Source of the DNA: an uncultured archaeon
GTDB lineage: Archaea; Aenigmatarchaeota; Aenigmatarchaeia; QMZP01
Assembly: GCA_964607835.1 (NCBI GenBank)
Contig: CAZSLL010000005.1
Coordinates: 4,785-68,784 of the forward strand
Direction of reading: 5' to 3'
DNA length: 64,000 bases
Positions 19,301-28,342 of the stretch are shown piece after piece. Position 1 is the first letter of the stretch. The number at the start of each line of letters is the position of its first letter. Position numbers and translations under genes: made by a program. The notes under the pieces are model-generated. The model did not search any database. It had not been told where the DNA came from and saw only the letters and a program-made list of their open reading frames with translations.

Positions 19301-19433
19301 ATGGGTCATCAGGAGTCCCCTCGCAGTCAGCGAAATCTGAAATCACGACACCGGATAGTGAGGAAAGAGCGATGGCGATGGATATCAAAGAAAGCATCGT
19401 GAGTGTTCGAATGCTCATAACATATATTTGCAT
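16374..19433 (-). CDS. Large Cys-rich cell-surface protein with internal repeats, MopE-like metal-binding motifs and a C-terminal TM anchor
   Basis: It has a signal peptide and a repeated module GGIDCDPxDxGDQxxCCCGDDxxEF. Four C-terminal repeats carry CxxxDDDCDG. A TM helix (WWLLSLIGIVILAVVLVLWYYF) lies near the C-terminus. Confidence 0.6.
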   Translation of the reverse strand: MQIYVMSIRTLTMLSLISIAIALSSLSGVVISDFADCEGTPDDPCEVCDVDSMTLTLISAQGSTSNEIDLDIETSGTCLTLEDPFVFSTSLGYTFCPDEGQYNGTLKVFFTDNTYEVLGPEPVEGYFVDFDSEQGWCECGHGQGKWSIGGIDCDPDESGDQSSCCCGDDQYEFVGECLDSSQMCLSSSDDFDMDKHQEACQCTEGADAWGPGGIDCDPIDDGDQTDCCCGDDSDEFLSYCIDAGTGVCSESTDDISCCPSEGSCVFSGVCYSDGSSLQDVGYCSSGTWGDSEPPETTCVDCPGDGTTVGKEFVIKLSAQDAGSGVAETLLCHARDATQCSGFEQYSDPVTVGSDCPDGETCDYYTEFYSVDYVGNEEGHKSLHVTIDRNLPTCEFVNLPEYNNKTTTTLEWVSEDPVSGSTFVEYSIQAKRSLDGGSTYQEFVDSFTINEESQTTRDVTLDDDGLYRFECEATYDRSGNTVTSSIGMHSMGLDTVPPVVSFTGSDTGYSNQGNFTLTWEAQEDMGMDYYVVRLDGEFYRHLGGSVKSLEYEGAEGGEYSFTLIGFDLAGNPSQADTKDFVIDSFPPSCDISSLPPVVNKTTFMLNWSGQDTGSGIKEYDLCIKSEPSPCTSPTSGWTDIEEPSRLFTGLHNSTYYFSCQAFDMAGNKGDWSDIVGTRIDSKAPEIDNDEPQYSKKVASSDYQPMLVNAIVSDESGIDHVSLLMGDEEVEPVQRTGSSGDTQWTLSWEIPYETYVDKTGFSIVRTDVNQNTGESTFNFSVIECEPGDVRPCNPEDGGVAYGQGICRGTGNRTCLPSGMWGGCEGGQLPEEEACNSLDDDCDGEVDEDLSGSPCGPDTDYGICEFGSRDCINGEWTRCEGAIFPMATEDCGNSRDDDCDGTVNNGCECISEGETKPCGESNMGVCALGSSTCVDGQWSDCVGAIFPSTEICGDGIDNDCDGQIDEGCGDQSTPQDGGGFPWWLLSLIGIVILAVVLVLWYYFKRNNQELTWENLKSNWGSS

Positions 19434-19517
19434 GAGCTTGAATAAAAAGCCGGCTCCGGGAATGGAACCACTACGCAGGACACTCTAATCACACGAAGAA
19501 CCAAGGAAAGGCCTTTC

Positions 19518-19736
19518 TCAGCAGCACTCCCTGAACTTCTCCGCAGACCGGTCATAGGTCTTTTCTGCTTCCTTTGAGAAAAGGCACCCGGGAATCTCGC
19601 CTCTCTCCCTGTGGTGCCTTATGCACTCGCAGCACATGCCCTGTCTGGAGCACGCCTCGTAGGTGCACGTGCAGTCCCTCAGGTTCCTTTCCCGGTTCAC
19701 GCATTCTGGCATAAACATATTTATCGCCTCCTGCAT
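19518..19736 (-). CDS. Small Cys-rich protein (11 Cys in 72 aa)
   Basis: The ORF is 72 aa and cysteine-rich. I do not recognise its family. Confidence 0.3.
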   Translation of the reverse strand: MQEAINMFMPECVNRERNLRDCTCTYEACSRQGMCCECIRHHRERGEIPGCLFSKEAEKTYDRSAEKFRECC

Positions 19737-19749
19737 AAGAGATTAACTG

Positions 19750-20517
19750 ATGAAGACCCGGATTCTCGCTCTGCTTATCGGTGTCGCCCTGGGCGCATAC
19801 ATGGGGGGCTATCTCAGCTCCGAGACCGTGACCTACTACAACTACTCCACCACTGTGGCTTCACTGAAGCCGCTTTCTGACATATTCAATGAGAGCGAGG
19901 TCTCCCAAGCCACCATAATCGTTCCCGCAGTTGACCAGAGCGGTCAGGGGGTGACCACCACGCTGGAGGTCCAGATAGTGCCGGGCTCCAGGAGGGCGCT
20001 GGTGGACATTGACAAGCTTCTGTTCTGGACAGACACCCAGAACTCCATAAGGGTGTCCAGGAGCGTGGCTGAGAACGTGACAGGCCTGGACCTCTCGTTC
20101 TACGACATCATCTATACCATAAGGGCAGAGGCCACTGTAATCGAAGGGCCATCCGCTGGCGCGGCCATGACCATAGCCACCATAGGGGCCCTGACAGGCA
20201 TTGGCCCTGGGAACGAGGTCATGATAACAGGAACCATAAACCATGACGGCACCATCGGCCCTGTGGGGGAGATTCTTTCCAAGGCCAGGGCAGCAAAGGG
20301 CATGGGAGCAGAGATTATGCTCGTTCCGGGGGGCCAGTCTGAGCAGGTGGTATATGAGAACAGGGAAAGCTGCTACAGGTCAGGGATAAGCAGGATATGC
20401 AGCATAGAGAGAGTGCCTGTGGAGGTGGACATAAGCGAGGAGGCAGGGATAGAGGTCATCGAGGTGGAGCATATAATGGAGGCTATTCCATATTTCTTTC
20501 AGGAGGAGAACGGTTAA
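19750..20517 (+). CDS. Membrane-anchored Lon-like (S16) serine protease domain protein
   Basis: It has an N-terminal TM segment and a Lon proteolytic-domain signature: GPSAGAAMTIATIGALTG, with the Ser, plus ITGTINHDGTIGPVGEI...KARAAKG, with the Lys. Confidence 0.65.
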   Translation: MKTRILALLIGVALGAYMGGYLSSETVTYYNYSTTVASLKPLSDIFNESEVSQATIIVPAVDQSGQGVTTTLEVQIVPGSRRALVDIDKLLFWTDTQNSIRVSRSVAENVTGLDLSFYDIIYTIRAEATVIEGPSAGAAMTIATIGALTGIGPGNEVMITGTINHDGTIGPVGEILSKARAAKGMGAEIMLVPGGQSEQVVYENRESCYRSGISRICSIERVPVEVDISEEAGIEVIEVEHIMEAIPYFFQEENG

Positions 20518-20552
20518 AGCCCTGAGCAGGTATTGTTTCTAACGGTGGAATT

Positions 20553-21308
20553 ATGATAGACGTGCACGCCCATCTTTGCTATAAGGACTTTGACAGGGAT
20601 GTTGATGAGATAGTGAAGAGGTGCAGGGAGGAGCTCGAGGCCGTGGTGGTCTCTGCTGCCCGCCATGACGAGGGGCTGAAGGTGCTGGAGCTGTGCAGGA
20701 GGAACCCTGGTTTCCTTTTTCCAACGCTCGGGTACCATCCCACAGAGGGCACGGGCTTCAGGGAGGTCATGAAGCTAATAAGGGAGAATTCTGATTCAGT
20801 GGTGGCAGTGGGCGAGGTGGGCCTGGACTACCACTGGGAGAAGAACCCGAAGAAGAGGAGGGCTCAGCAGGAGGTTTTCAGGGAGTTCATTTCCCTGGCG
20901 CAGGAGCTGAAAAAGCCACTGGTCATACACAGCTGGGACGCCGAGAGGGAGTGCTTCCAGCTCGTGAGGGAGAGCGGGCTTGCCTGCGTGTTCCACTGCT
21001 ACTCAGGGAGCAGGGAGCTGGCAGAGGAGATTATTCAGGTCCCGGATTTCTACGTGTCCATCTCCACCCAGATTCTGTTCAACAAGAACCTCAGGAAGGT
21101 TGCCAAGAGGATTCCACTGGAGAGGATGCTCCTGGAAACAGACGCCCCCTTCCTGTCGCCTGTGAAGGGGGAAAGGAACGTTCCCTGGAACATTCTGCTC
21201 TCAGCAGAGAAGCTCGCAAAGCTCCTTCATGTTGACTCCGCTGAGGTTCTCAACGCCGCGAGGGAGAACGCAGAGAGGGTGTTCGGTCTGGGGGACAAGA
21301 GTATATAA
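20553..21308 (+). CDS. tatD: TatD-family metal-dependent DNase/hydrolase
   Basis: The TatD motifs are present: MIDVHAHL, GEVGLDYHW, LVIHSWDA and LLETDAPFL. Confidence 0.8.
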   Translation: MIDVHAHLCYKDFDRDVDEIVKRCREELEAVVVSAARHDEGLKVLELCRRNPGFLFPTLGYHPTEGTGFREVMKLIRENSDSVVAVGEVGLDYHWEKNPKKRRAQQEVFREFISLAQELKKPLVIHSWDAERECFQLVRESGLACVFHCYSGSRELAEEIIQVPDFYVSISTQILFNKNLRKVAKRIPLERMLLETDAPFLSPVKGERNVPWNILLSAEKLAKLLHVDSAEVLNAARENAERVFGLGDKSI

Positions 21309-21330
21309 GAATTCAGGACATTCTTTAATC

Positions 21331-23463
21331 ATGAGCTTGCAGGAGCAGCCCAAGCAGGAGATGACCTCGCTGGACATAAGGATTATGGCCAGGGAGCTCA
21401 GGAAGGCCCTCACCGGCGGGAAGGTCAGGAAGATATACCAGTACGGGAGAGCGGGTTCAAGGAAGTTCCTGTTTGAGGTGTACATGCCACAGAAAGGGGC
21501 GGAGTGGTTGTATTTCGACAACTCAAAGATTTTCATGACCAGGAGGAAGAAGGCTGCGCCCCAGGAGCCCCCCACTTTCTGCATGTTCCTCAGGAAGCAC
21601 CTCATGAGCTCAAAAATCAAGAGCATAAGGCAGCACGAGTTCGACCGTATAGTGGAGATAATCTTCGACGAGAGCATACTAATCATCGAGATGTTCTCAG
21701 CAGGCAATGTCATACTCTGCGACACCATGTACAACATCATCATGCCGCTCGAGTTCCAGAAGTGGAAGGGCAGGGAGGTAAAACCCAAGGTGCCATACAA
21801 GTACCCCCCCAGGCTGAGCAATCCCTACGCCATGGAGTTCGACTCCTTCAGGAGGTCACTGGCAGGGAGCGAGAGGATCGCGGCCGCCCACCTCGCTGTT
21901 CAGATGGGGTTCGGGGCACAGTACGCCAATGAGCTCTGCGCGAGGGCGGGGGTGGACCCGGCAAAGCCAGGACAGCAGTTGTCACTGGAGGAGGCTTCAG
22001 GGATTTTCAAGGCCATTAGGGAGATGGACGAGGGTCAGGTGCTGCCATCCGTATACCAGGGCGCAGTGTCCCCGTTCCCGCTCAGGACCATGGCAAATGA
22101 AAAGCCAAAGGGAGCGGGAAGCCTCTCAGAGGCCTTCGACGACTTCTTCTCAGAGCAGCAGATTGAAACAGCCAGGGATGAGGCCGTCCAGGGAGCGGCC
22201 CAGGAGAGGGAGAGGGTTGACAGGATACTCACTCAGCAGGATCAGGCCAGGGAGAAGTGGCTGAGGATAGCCAACGAGTCCACTGAGAAGGGAAACCGGA
22301 TATACGGCTCCTATCCCGCAGTGGAGGCGGCGCTGAACGGGGTAGCCAAGGCAAGGAGCTCAGGGATGTCCTGGGACGAGATAAAGGAGGCCGTGCGGGG
22401 CGAGCAGACCCCTGAAGCAGAGTCCATAAAGGAGATAAGGCAGGGCGACGGGATTATGGTCCTTGACCTCGGCGGCATGGATGTGGAGGTTGAGGTCAAC
22501 AAGTCAGTGGAGGCGAACGCGGCCAGGTATTACGAGGACGCCAAGTGGGCCAAGAAAAAGCTCGAGGGAGCAGGGCAGGCACAGGAGCAGTTCACTGAGA
22601 AGCGCGAGCAGGCACAGGCCCAGGAGGACAGGGTGCTGGGAGAGGACTTCAAGAGCATGCTCTTCCCCAGGGAAAAGAAGCCTGCGGAGGATGCTGGCGA
22701 GCCTTCGCAGCAGGAGAATAGCGAAACTGAAAAGGCTGACAGCGAGGAGGCCATCCAGGAGCTGGAGAGGATTGCCGTGCAGGCCCAGGAGCCCAGGCCA
22801 GAGAAGAAGAGGTGGTACGAGAAGTTCAGGTGGTTCTTCTCGTCTGACGGCTTTCTGGTGGTGGCGGGAAGGAGCGCTGACCAGAACGAGCTCCTTCTCA
22901 AGAGGCACACAGACCCCAATGACATAGTATTCCACGCGGACATACAGGGCGCGGCCTTCGTGGTCATAAAGGCCCAGGGCCTCGAGGTTCCTGAAACCAC
23001 CAAAAGGGAGGCAGCGGAGTTCTCTGCAGCCAACTCCAAGGCCTGGAGCAGGGGGCTGGGGACGGTGGATATATTCTCGGTTCCCAGGGACAGGGTGTCC
23101 AAGAGCCCGCCCTCAGGGCAGTACCTGCCCAAGGGAAGCTTCATGATTCACGGTGAGAGGGAATGGTACAGGAACCTTGAGCTCAAGGTTTCCCTGGGTG
23201 TCAAGCTGGACAGGGAGGCGGGCAAGGCGAGGGTCCTTGCCGGGCCAGTCATGCCCATAAGGAAGGCCTCAAACTATTTCGTGACCCTGAAGCCGGGGTT
23301 CAAGAAGTCAATGGAGCTTTCGAGGACCATAAAGAACAAGCTCCTGGCCAAGGCCATGCCAGAGGACCGCTTCCTTCTTGAGAAGCTCCAGCTGGACGAA
23401 ATCCAGGTTGCCGCTCCGCCCGGAATGGCTGACGTGGTGGAGCACGCGGGGGAGGCGGTATAG
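21331..23463 (+). CDS. NFACT-family protein (Rqc2/NEMF/FbpA homologue)
   Basis: It has an NFACT-N region, a central coiled coil and an NFACT-R/DUF814 signature (FFSSDGFLVVAGRSADQNELLLKRH...DIVFHADIQGAAFVVIK). The stop codon is TAG. Confidence 0.75.
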   Translation: MSLQEQPKQEMTSLDIRIMARELRKALTGGKVRKIYQYGRAGSRKFLFEVYMPQKGAEWLYFDNSKIFMTRRKKAAPQEPPTFCMFLRKHLMSSKIKSIRQHEFDRIVEIIFDESILIIEMFSAGNVILCDTMYNIIMPLEFQKWKGREVKPKVPYKYPPRLSNPYAMEFDSFRRSLAGSERIAAAHLAVQMGFGAQYANELCARAGVDPAKPGQQLSLEEASGIFKAIREMDEGQVLPSVYQGAVSPFPLRTMANEKPKGAGSLSEAFDDFFSEQQIETARDEAVQGAAQERERVDRILTQQDQAREKWLRIANESTEKGNRIYGSYPAVEAALNGVAKARSSGMSWDEIKEAVRGEQTPEAESIKEIRQGDGIMVLDLGGMDVEVEVNKSVEANAARYYEDAKWAKKKLEGAGQAQEQFTEKREQAQAQEDRVLGEDFKSMLFPREKKPAEDAGEPSQQENSETEKADSEEAIQELERIAVQAQEPRPEKKRWYEKFRWFFSSDGFLVVAGRSADQNELLLKRHTDPNDIVFHADIQGAAFVVIKAQGLEVPETTKREAAEFSAANSKAWSRGLGTVDIFSVPRDRVSKSPPSGQYLPKGSFMIHGEREWYRNLELKVSLGVKLDREAGKARVLAGPVMPIRKASNYFVTLKPGFKKSMELSRTIKNKLLAKAMPEDRFLLEKLQLDEIQVAAPPGMADVVEHAGEAV

Positions 23464-24078
23464 ATGCCTGTGCTAATCAACTTCAAGATATGCGACAACT
23501 CAGAGGACTGCAACGGGATAAGAGCATGCCCATCAGGGGCCTTTCACTGGGACAGGAAAGGAAAGACCATTGCAGTGGATGAGGAGAGGTGCATAGATTG
23601 CGGAAAGTGCGCTGATGCCTGCGATGTGGGGGCCATAAGGTTCGCGAAAGACCAGGAAGAGGCCCGGAGAATCAAGAAGGAGATTGACAGGGACCCCAGG
23701 AGGGCATCTGACCTCTTCATTGACCGCTATGGTTCAGAGCCCGTGGGCAGGACGTACAACCTTCCCCAGAGGAGGTTCGAGAAGCTGGTCCTGAAGTCAG
23801 GGAAGTTCTCTGTCATAGAGCTGTTTGATGATGGTTCCATAGAGTGCCTTCTGAACTCCATACCCGTGAGGGAGCTGCTCAGGGACATCGACACCTTCTA
23901 CAGGAAGGTCAGGGTCGAGAAGGAATCCATACTCAAGAAGTTCGGGGTCAGGAAGCTTCCGTGCCTGCTCGTGTTCAACCGGGGCAAGCTGGCAGGCAAG
24001 ATAGAGGGCTATTACGACATCACCAGGAAGGAAGAGCTCAGGAAGAAGATTGAGAAAATACTGGACTCGATGGAGTGA
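23464..24078 (+). CDS. 4Fe-4S ferredoxin domain fused to a thioredoxin-like domain
   Basis: The ferredoxin part has CIDCGKCADAC and the thioredoxin-like part has KLPCLLVF. Confidence 0.5.
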   Translation: MPVLINFKICDNSEDCNGIRACPSGAFHWDRKGKTIAVDEERCIDCGKCADACDVGAIRFAKDQEEARRIKKEIDRDPRRASDLFIDRYGSEPVGRTYNLPQRRFEKLVLKSGKFSVIELFDDGSIECLLNSIPVRELLRDIDTFYRKVRVEKESILKKFGVRKLPCLLVFNRGKLAGKIEGYYDITRKEELRKKIEKILDSME

Positions 24079-24079
24079 G

Positions 24080-25042
24080 TCAAAGCTGCTTGTTCAGCTC
24101 GGCAAGGAATTTCCTGAACGTGCCGAGGGGAATCTTGGCACCCGCTGCTGCGGCGTGGCCTCCTCCGGAGCCCCCCACTGCCTCTGCCGCCCTGTCTGCC
24201 AGGGCATTGAGCTTGAGGGAATAGTCCCTGGTTCTCATGGTAATGTCAACGTACCTGGAGCGGGTGTGGGCAGAGACCCCCATGGGCTTGTCCCTGACTG
24301 TGGCAGCGAACAATGCAGATGGTCCCCTGAATCCGAATGTCGGAAGGTCCTTTATGAACCCCACCTTTCCGCTGGCCTGAGCCTTCTGCTTGATTATCTC
24401 ATAGAGCTCGAACTCCCTGTTCACAGCCTCCCTGGCGCTCTTGACCAGGCCGGGAATGTTGGAGGGGTTCTTCCCGCTGGCAAAGGTCTTTACCAAAGCC
24501 CTCTTTCCGTTGTAGTCAGCGAACTGGCTGTTCTTGATTCCCAGGCTGATGGCAGAGACCTCGAAATACAGGGCCCTCCTGTCCCAGTTCTTTATCCTTT
24601 CCCTGACAAAGGGGGTATCGTCCGAGTAGTCCCCTATGGCCCCGTATATTGCAAGCCAAATCCTCTCCCTGGGTATGGTGCCCATGAAGTGCCTGTATAT
24701 GAGCTCTGATGCGCTCACGTCCCTTCCGTGCTTATAGACGCTCACGGCATTGTCTATCTGGCCCTTCCTTATGGTGGGAGGGATGTTATGGTGGTCGAAA
24801 TAGAGTATCTCTGAGCCGCTTGCCTTCCTTTCGGACAGGAGCTTGACAACAGCAGGGGCGTCCTGCTTGGTGAGGGCTATGTCAGTTATCACTATCCTCG
24901 AAGACCTAAGGTCTATGAGGTCAGAGCGGATTGATGTGGGCCTGGTGAAGAAAACCCTTGATCCGGGGAAGGCGGTGAGCGCCACGGCTCCCGCGCATAT
25001 CCCGTCAGGGTCGGCGTGGGTGAGAATAATTGTGTCAGTCAT
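24080..25042 (-). CDS. DHH/DHHA1-family phosphoesterase (archaeal RecJ/GAN/nanoRNase-like)
   Basis: The DHH motifs are THADPDG, DHHNI and the DHHA1 GGGH motif (GGSGGGHAAAAG). Confidence 0.75.
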   Translation of the reverse strand: MTDTIILTHADPDGICAGAVALTAFPGSRVFFTRPTSIRSDLIDLRSSRIVITDIALTKQDAPAVVKLLSERKASGSEILYFDHHNIPPTIRKGQIDNAVSVYKHGRDVSASELIYRHFMGTIPRERIWLAIYGAIGDYSDDTPFVRERIKNWDRRALYFEVSAISLGIKNSQFADYNGKRALVKTFASGKNPSNIPGLVKSAREAVNREFELYEIIKQKAQASGKVGFIKDLPTFGFRGPSALFAATVRDKPMGVSAHTRSRYVDITMRTRDYSLKLNALADRAAEAVGGSGGGHAAAAGAKIPLGTFRKFLAELNKQL

Positions 25043-25108
25043 GTGCAATCCCTTTATATTGCACACCGCCTGAATAAATGCTTAAAAACCCTGCGGGAAA
25101 TTCATACC

Positions 25109-25267
25109 ATGGAAAGGCCAGGACTGTGCGTGATATGCGGTAGGGTCGCAGACCCGGCATACACCTGCATGCTCTGCGGCGCCATTGTGTGCTCAGAGCA
25201 TTTCGACATGGAGAAGGGTGTGTGCAACAGGTGCCTTTCCAGAACAGGGCGCTCTTCCGGGATTTAA
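25109..25267 (+). CDS. Small zinc-ribbon protein
   Basis: 52 aa with two CxxC pairs. Support is weak. Confidence 0.3.
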   Translation: MERPGLCVICGRVADPAYTCMLCGAIVCSEHFDMEKGVCNRCLSRTGRSSGI

Positions 25268-25288
25268 AACCCAGGGAGTTTGTTCGAG

Positions 25289-25568
25289 CCGGGGTGGCGG
25301 AACGGCTAGCGAGCTGGCCAGATTAAGAGTGATTGAATGCGGTCTGAAAGACCGGCGGTCAGCCGTCCGTAAAACGCGCACGACTGGAAACACAATCGCA
25401 CTGGAGCGTATGCGGCTGAGAAGCAGCCGATTGTGCCTTCAATCGTGTGTCCGAAAGGACGTGCAGGTTCAAAGAACCCTTTTGCGCAGGCAAGCGCGCA
25501 AAAGCGTTCGCGGAAAGAACGCTACCGCACTAATGCGGTCGGGTCTGGGAATCCTGTCCCCGGCGTAT
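25289..25568 (+). tRNA. tRNA-like gene of about 280 nt; the acceptor and T-arm halves bracket long insertions, and the T-loop insertion carries the conserved core
   Basis: The 5' end GCCGGGG pairs with CCCCGGC plus G at the 3' end. The T-stem GCAGG...CCTGT is split after TTCAA by an insertion that begins AGAACCCTTTTGCGC...GCGCAAAAGCGTTCGCGGAAA. An anticodon-like hairpin CGGT-CTGAAAG-ACCG is present, which would read GAA (Phe), but I could not fully resolve the D-arm or the remaining insertions. Confidence 0.35.
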
Positions 25569-25595
25569 TATTCTCGCAGCCAGCCGGAAGAATGT

Positions 25596-25660
25596 TTAAG
25601 TTGCTCCCCTGCTTGCGACTGAACCGGTTGGACCAAGCGGGAGCGTCCGTAAGCAGGGAT
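25596..25660 (+). ncRNA. Pseudoknot-like structured element, copy 1 (GCTCCC-CTGCTTG...GGGAGC...AAGCAGGG)
   Basis: It has two crossing helices (GCTCCC/GGGAGC and CCTGCTT/AAGCAGG). Against the copies at 31116 and 31239 the second helix shows a compensatory change (CCCGCTT/AAGCGGG). Confidence 0.45.
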
Positions 25661-25799
25661 TAGCCTGGCGTGGACGCGAACACCACAAGAAGGAGGCTCA
25701 GTGCAAGGATTATGGCCAGGATGTAGTGCTTCTTGATGACGAGCTTCTGCTTCTCCATGCTATATTTTCTTGTTGGTGTGATAAAAAGCTTGCCGACTG

Positions 25800-26349
25800 C
25801 TAGATAAGCTCCAGGCAGGTGTAGAGATCCTTCCTGAAAACCCTGGCATCAGCCCCCTCAATGGCCTCCAGCACGGCCTCCTCATCATCCAGTAAGAGGT
25901 CCACACTTATCATGGGAGTTCCCCTGTAGCCCACCTCCCTGAGCATCATGTCGTGCACGCCTGTCTTCATGACAAGCTCCAGGGCAGCGTCCTCTGCCTG
26001 GCTGAATTCAGGGGGAGGCTCCATGAGCATGCCCAGGTAGGCACCTGAGAGCTCTCCGTGAACACAGTAGGTCATCTCGTCTTCAGAGCCTACTGAGATG
26101 TCGCATGCTCTGGGCTCGTGAGAGAGCCCTGCCCCTTAGAAGATACACAAAATCCTTTGAGGACAGTGACCAGTCAGCCTTGCCGGAAAGGAATATGCCA
26201 GGGGCATCTATCTGATCTCCGTACCTGACCAGGCCGTCGAAGTAGCGGGTCTCCGGGCCATTTGTGTTGAAATTCCTGAAACTCTCCCTTATCTCTTCCA
26301 GGCTCCTGCCCGGGAAATACGCGAAACCCCTGACAAGCTGGTCAGACAT
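25800..26349 (-). pseudogene. Possible frameshifted gene: an 88-aa ORF and a 91-aa ORF in adjacent frames
   Basis: ORFs 26083-26349 and 25800-26075 are separated by 7 nt with a frame change of one. Both halves look coding by composition. I do not recognise the family. Confidence 0.3.
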
Positions 26350-26423
26350 ATGACTAGACGGTGACAGAAAGAAAAATAAAGGTTTGGGGGTTTCCCCCCA
26401 TGTTATTGTCAGTTCTTATGGGA

Positions 26424-27701
26424 TTACTTCTTGTCCACAGGCACGAGGTCTATGATTATGCCCGCGGCGATTGTCTTGCCCATGTCCCTGATTGCGAACT
26501 TGGCGAGCTGTGGGAATTCGCTCTGCTTCTCAACCGCGAGCGGCTGGGTCGGAACGACCTTTATCACAGCTGCGTCACCGCTCTTCAGCATGTCAGGGTT
26601 CTCCTCGATAGTGGCCCCGGTCTGCGGGTTAATCTTCTTCACTATCTCGGATATCTTGCATGCCGCGTGCGCGGTGTGTGTGTGGAACACTGGCGTGTAT
26701 CCCTTGGTGAGCACGGTCGGGTGCTGCAGGACGATTATCTGTCCGGTGAATTCCTTGACAACCGTTGGGGGGTTGTCAGGCCTTCCGACGACATCGCCTC
26801 TCTTTATGTCACCCTTTCCTACTCCCCTTACGTTGAAGCCCACGTTGTCTCCGGGCCCGGCCTGTGGAACCTGCTTGTGATGCATCTCCACGGACTTGAC
26901 CTCTCCTGTTGCTCCGCTGGGCATGAATACCACCTTTTCTCCGGGCTTGAGAAGTCCTGTCTCAACCCTTCCCACCGGGACTGTTCCCACACCTGTGATG
27001 GTGTAGACGTCCTGGACAGGCAGCCTCAGCGGCTTGTCTACGGGCCTCTCAGGGGCGTTGAGCTTGTTCTCAAGGGTTCCGATAAGGGTGTCCTCCTTGT
27101 ACCATGCGAGCTTGTCGGATTTCTTGGCTACGTTGTCTCCGACGTATGCTGACACAGGCACGAAGGGAACCTGATCTGTCTTGTACCCCAGAGAGCTGAG
27201 AAGCTTTCCTACCTGCTCCCTGACCTCGTTGTACTTGCTCTCATCGTAGTTAACAGCGTCCATCTTGTTCACTGCCACCACGACCTGGTTTATTCCGAGG
27301 ACCTTGGCCAGGTACATGTGCTCCTTGGTCTGCTCCTGCACACCGTCCTTTGCCGAGACAACCAGTATTGCGGCGTCTGCCTGGGAGGCACCGGTAATCA
27401 TGTTCTTGATGAAGTCCCTGTGCCCGGGCGCGTCGATTATTGTGATGTAGAGCTTGCCCGTGTCTATGGGCTTGTACATCAGGTCTATGGTTACGCCCCT
27501 CTCCCTCTCTTCTTTGAGGTTGTCCATGACAAAGGCGAACTCGAAGGTCTCCTTCTTGAGCTCCTTTGCCTTTTCCTTCAGCTTCCTGAGCTCCTGCTCC
27601 GGTATGGACCCGGAGTCGAAGAGAAGCCTTCCTATCAGCGTTGACTTTCCATGGTCAACGTGACCTATGGTTACCACGTTCATGTGGGGTTTATCTGCCA
27701 T
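26424..27701 (-). CDS. tuf: Translation elongation factor aEF-1 alpha
   Basis: It has [17 protein letters not shown] and NKMD, with full-length identity to aEF1A. Confidence 0.95.
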   Translation of the reverse strand: MADKPHMNVVTIGHVDHGKSTLIGRLLFDSGSIPEQELRKLKEKAKELKKETFEFAFVMDNLKEERERGVTIDLMYKPIDTGKLYITIIDAPGHRDFIKNMITGASQADAAILVVSAKDGVQEQTKEHMYLAKVLGINQVVVAVNKMDAVNYDESKYNEVREQVGKLLSSLGYKTDQVPFVPVSAYVGDNVAKKSDKLAWYKEDTLIGTLENKLNAPERPVDKPLRLPVQDVYTITGVGTVPVGRVETGLLKPGEKVVFMPSGATGEVKSVEMHHKQVPQAGPGDNVGFNVRGVGKGDIKRGDVVGRPDNPPTVVKEFTGQIIVLQHPTVLTKGYTPVFHTHTAHAACKISEIVKKINPQTGATIEENPDMLKSGDAAVIKVVPTQPLAVEKQSEFPQLAKFAIRDMGKTIAAGIIIDLVPVDKK

Positions 27702-27878
27702 TGAATCACCTTAACTTCTCAATTGATGTTTCCATCAAATGAACTATTACATCCGGCTCGCACCCTGCCTCTCAGGGCGACGGCGCTTACCGAAGTCATA
27801 CCTAATATTATCCCTAATGTATTTAAATCTTTCGGTGCGTATAAGTAGCGCTTGTTACTGGTTTTGCGGGAACATGGC

Positions 27879-28292
27879 TCATTCCTCTGAGAACACCCTA
27901 AAAAGATAGAGATGACCAGACCCTGTGTCTTTGATGCCAAGGCTGAAATCAACACCGTCCTCTCCTGCATAGCCATTCTGTGAAAACTCGTCAGTGTTTC
28001 CGCAGTATTCAGGTATCTCCATTCCGACATCATTGGCAAGCCTCTTCATGTATTTTCTTGTTTTATCCGCTTCTCCCTCCATTCCTCTGAAAGCGTAGAA
28101 CCCAACTTCCTTTTCTAGAGCCGGGAAGGATTTTTCATAGATGGATTTGATATTTCCGTCCACATCAATGCCAATATCATTAGCCATGGATTTTGCCTTT
28201 TCTGCTATGCTTATGGCTTCCTTGAAATCTGATTCTTCTATGCATACCTCTGCTTTATCAAGCATTGTGAATACATCATTCTTTGTCACCAT
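27879..28292 (-). CDS. Hypothetical protein
   Basis: 137-aa ORF with typical codon usage. I do not recognise any motif. Confidence 0.4.
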   Translation of the reverse strand: MVTKNDVFTMLDKAEVCIEESDFKEAISIAEKAKSMANDIGIDVDGNIKSIYEKSFPALEKEVGFYAFRGMEGEADKTRKYMKRLANDVGMEIPEYCGNTDEFSQNGYAGEDGVDFSLGIKDTGSGHLYLFRVFSEE

Positions 28293-28342
28293 GTTCCAGA
28301 ATTATGGAAAAGACTTAAAAAGATGTCATTATAAGGTGGTAA

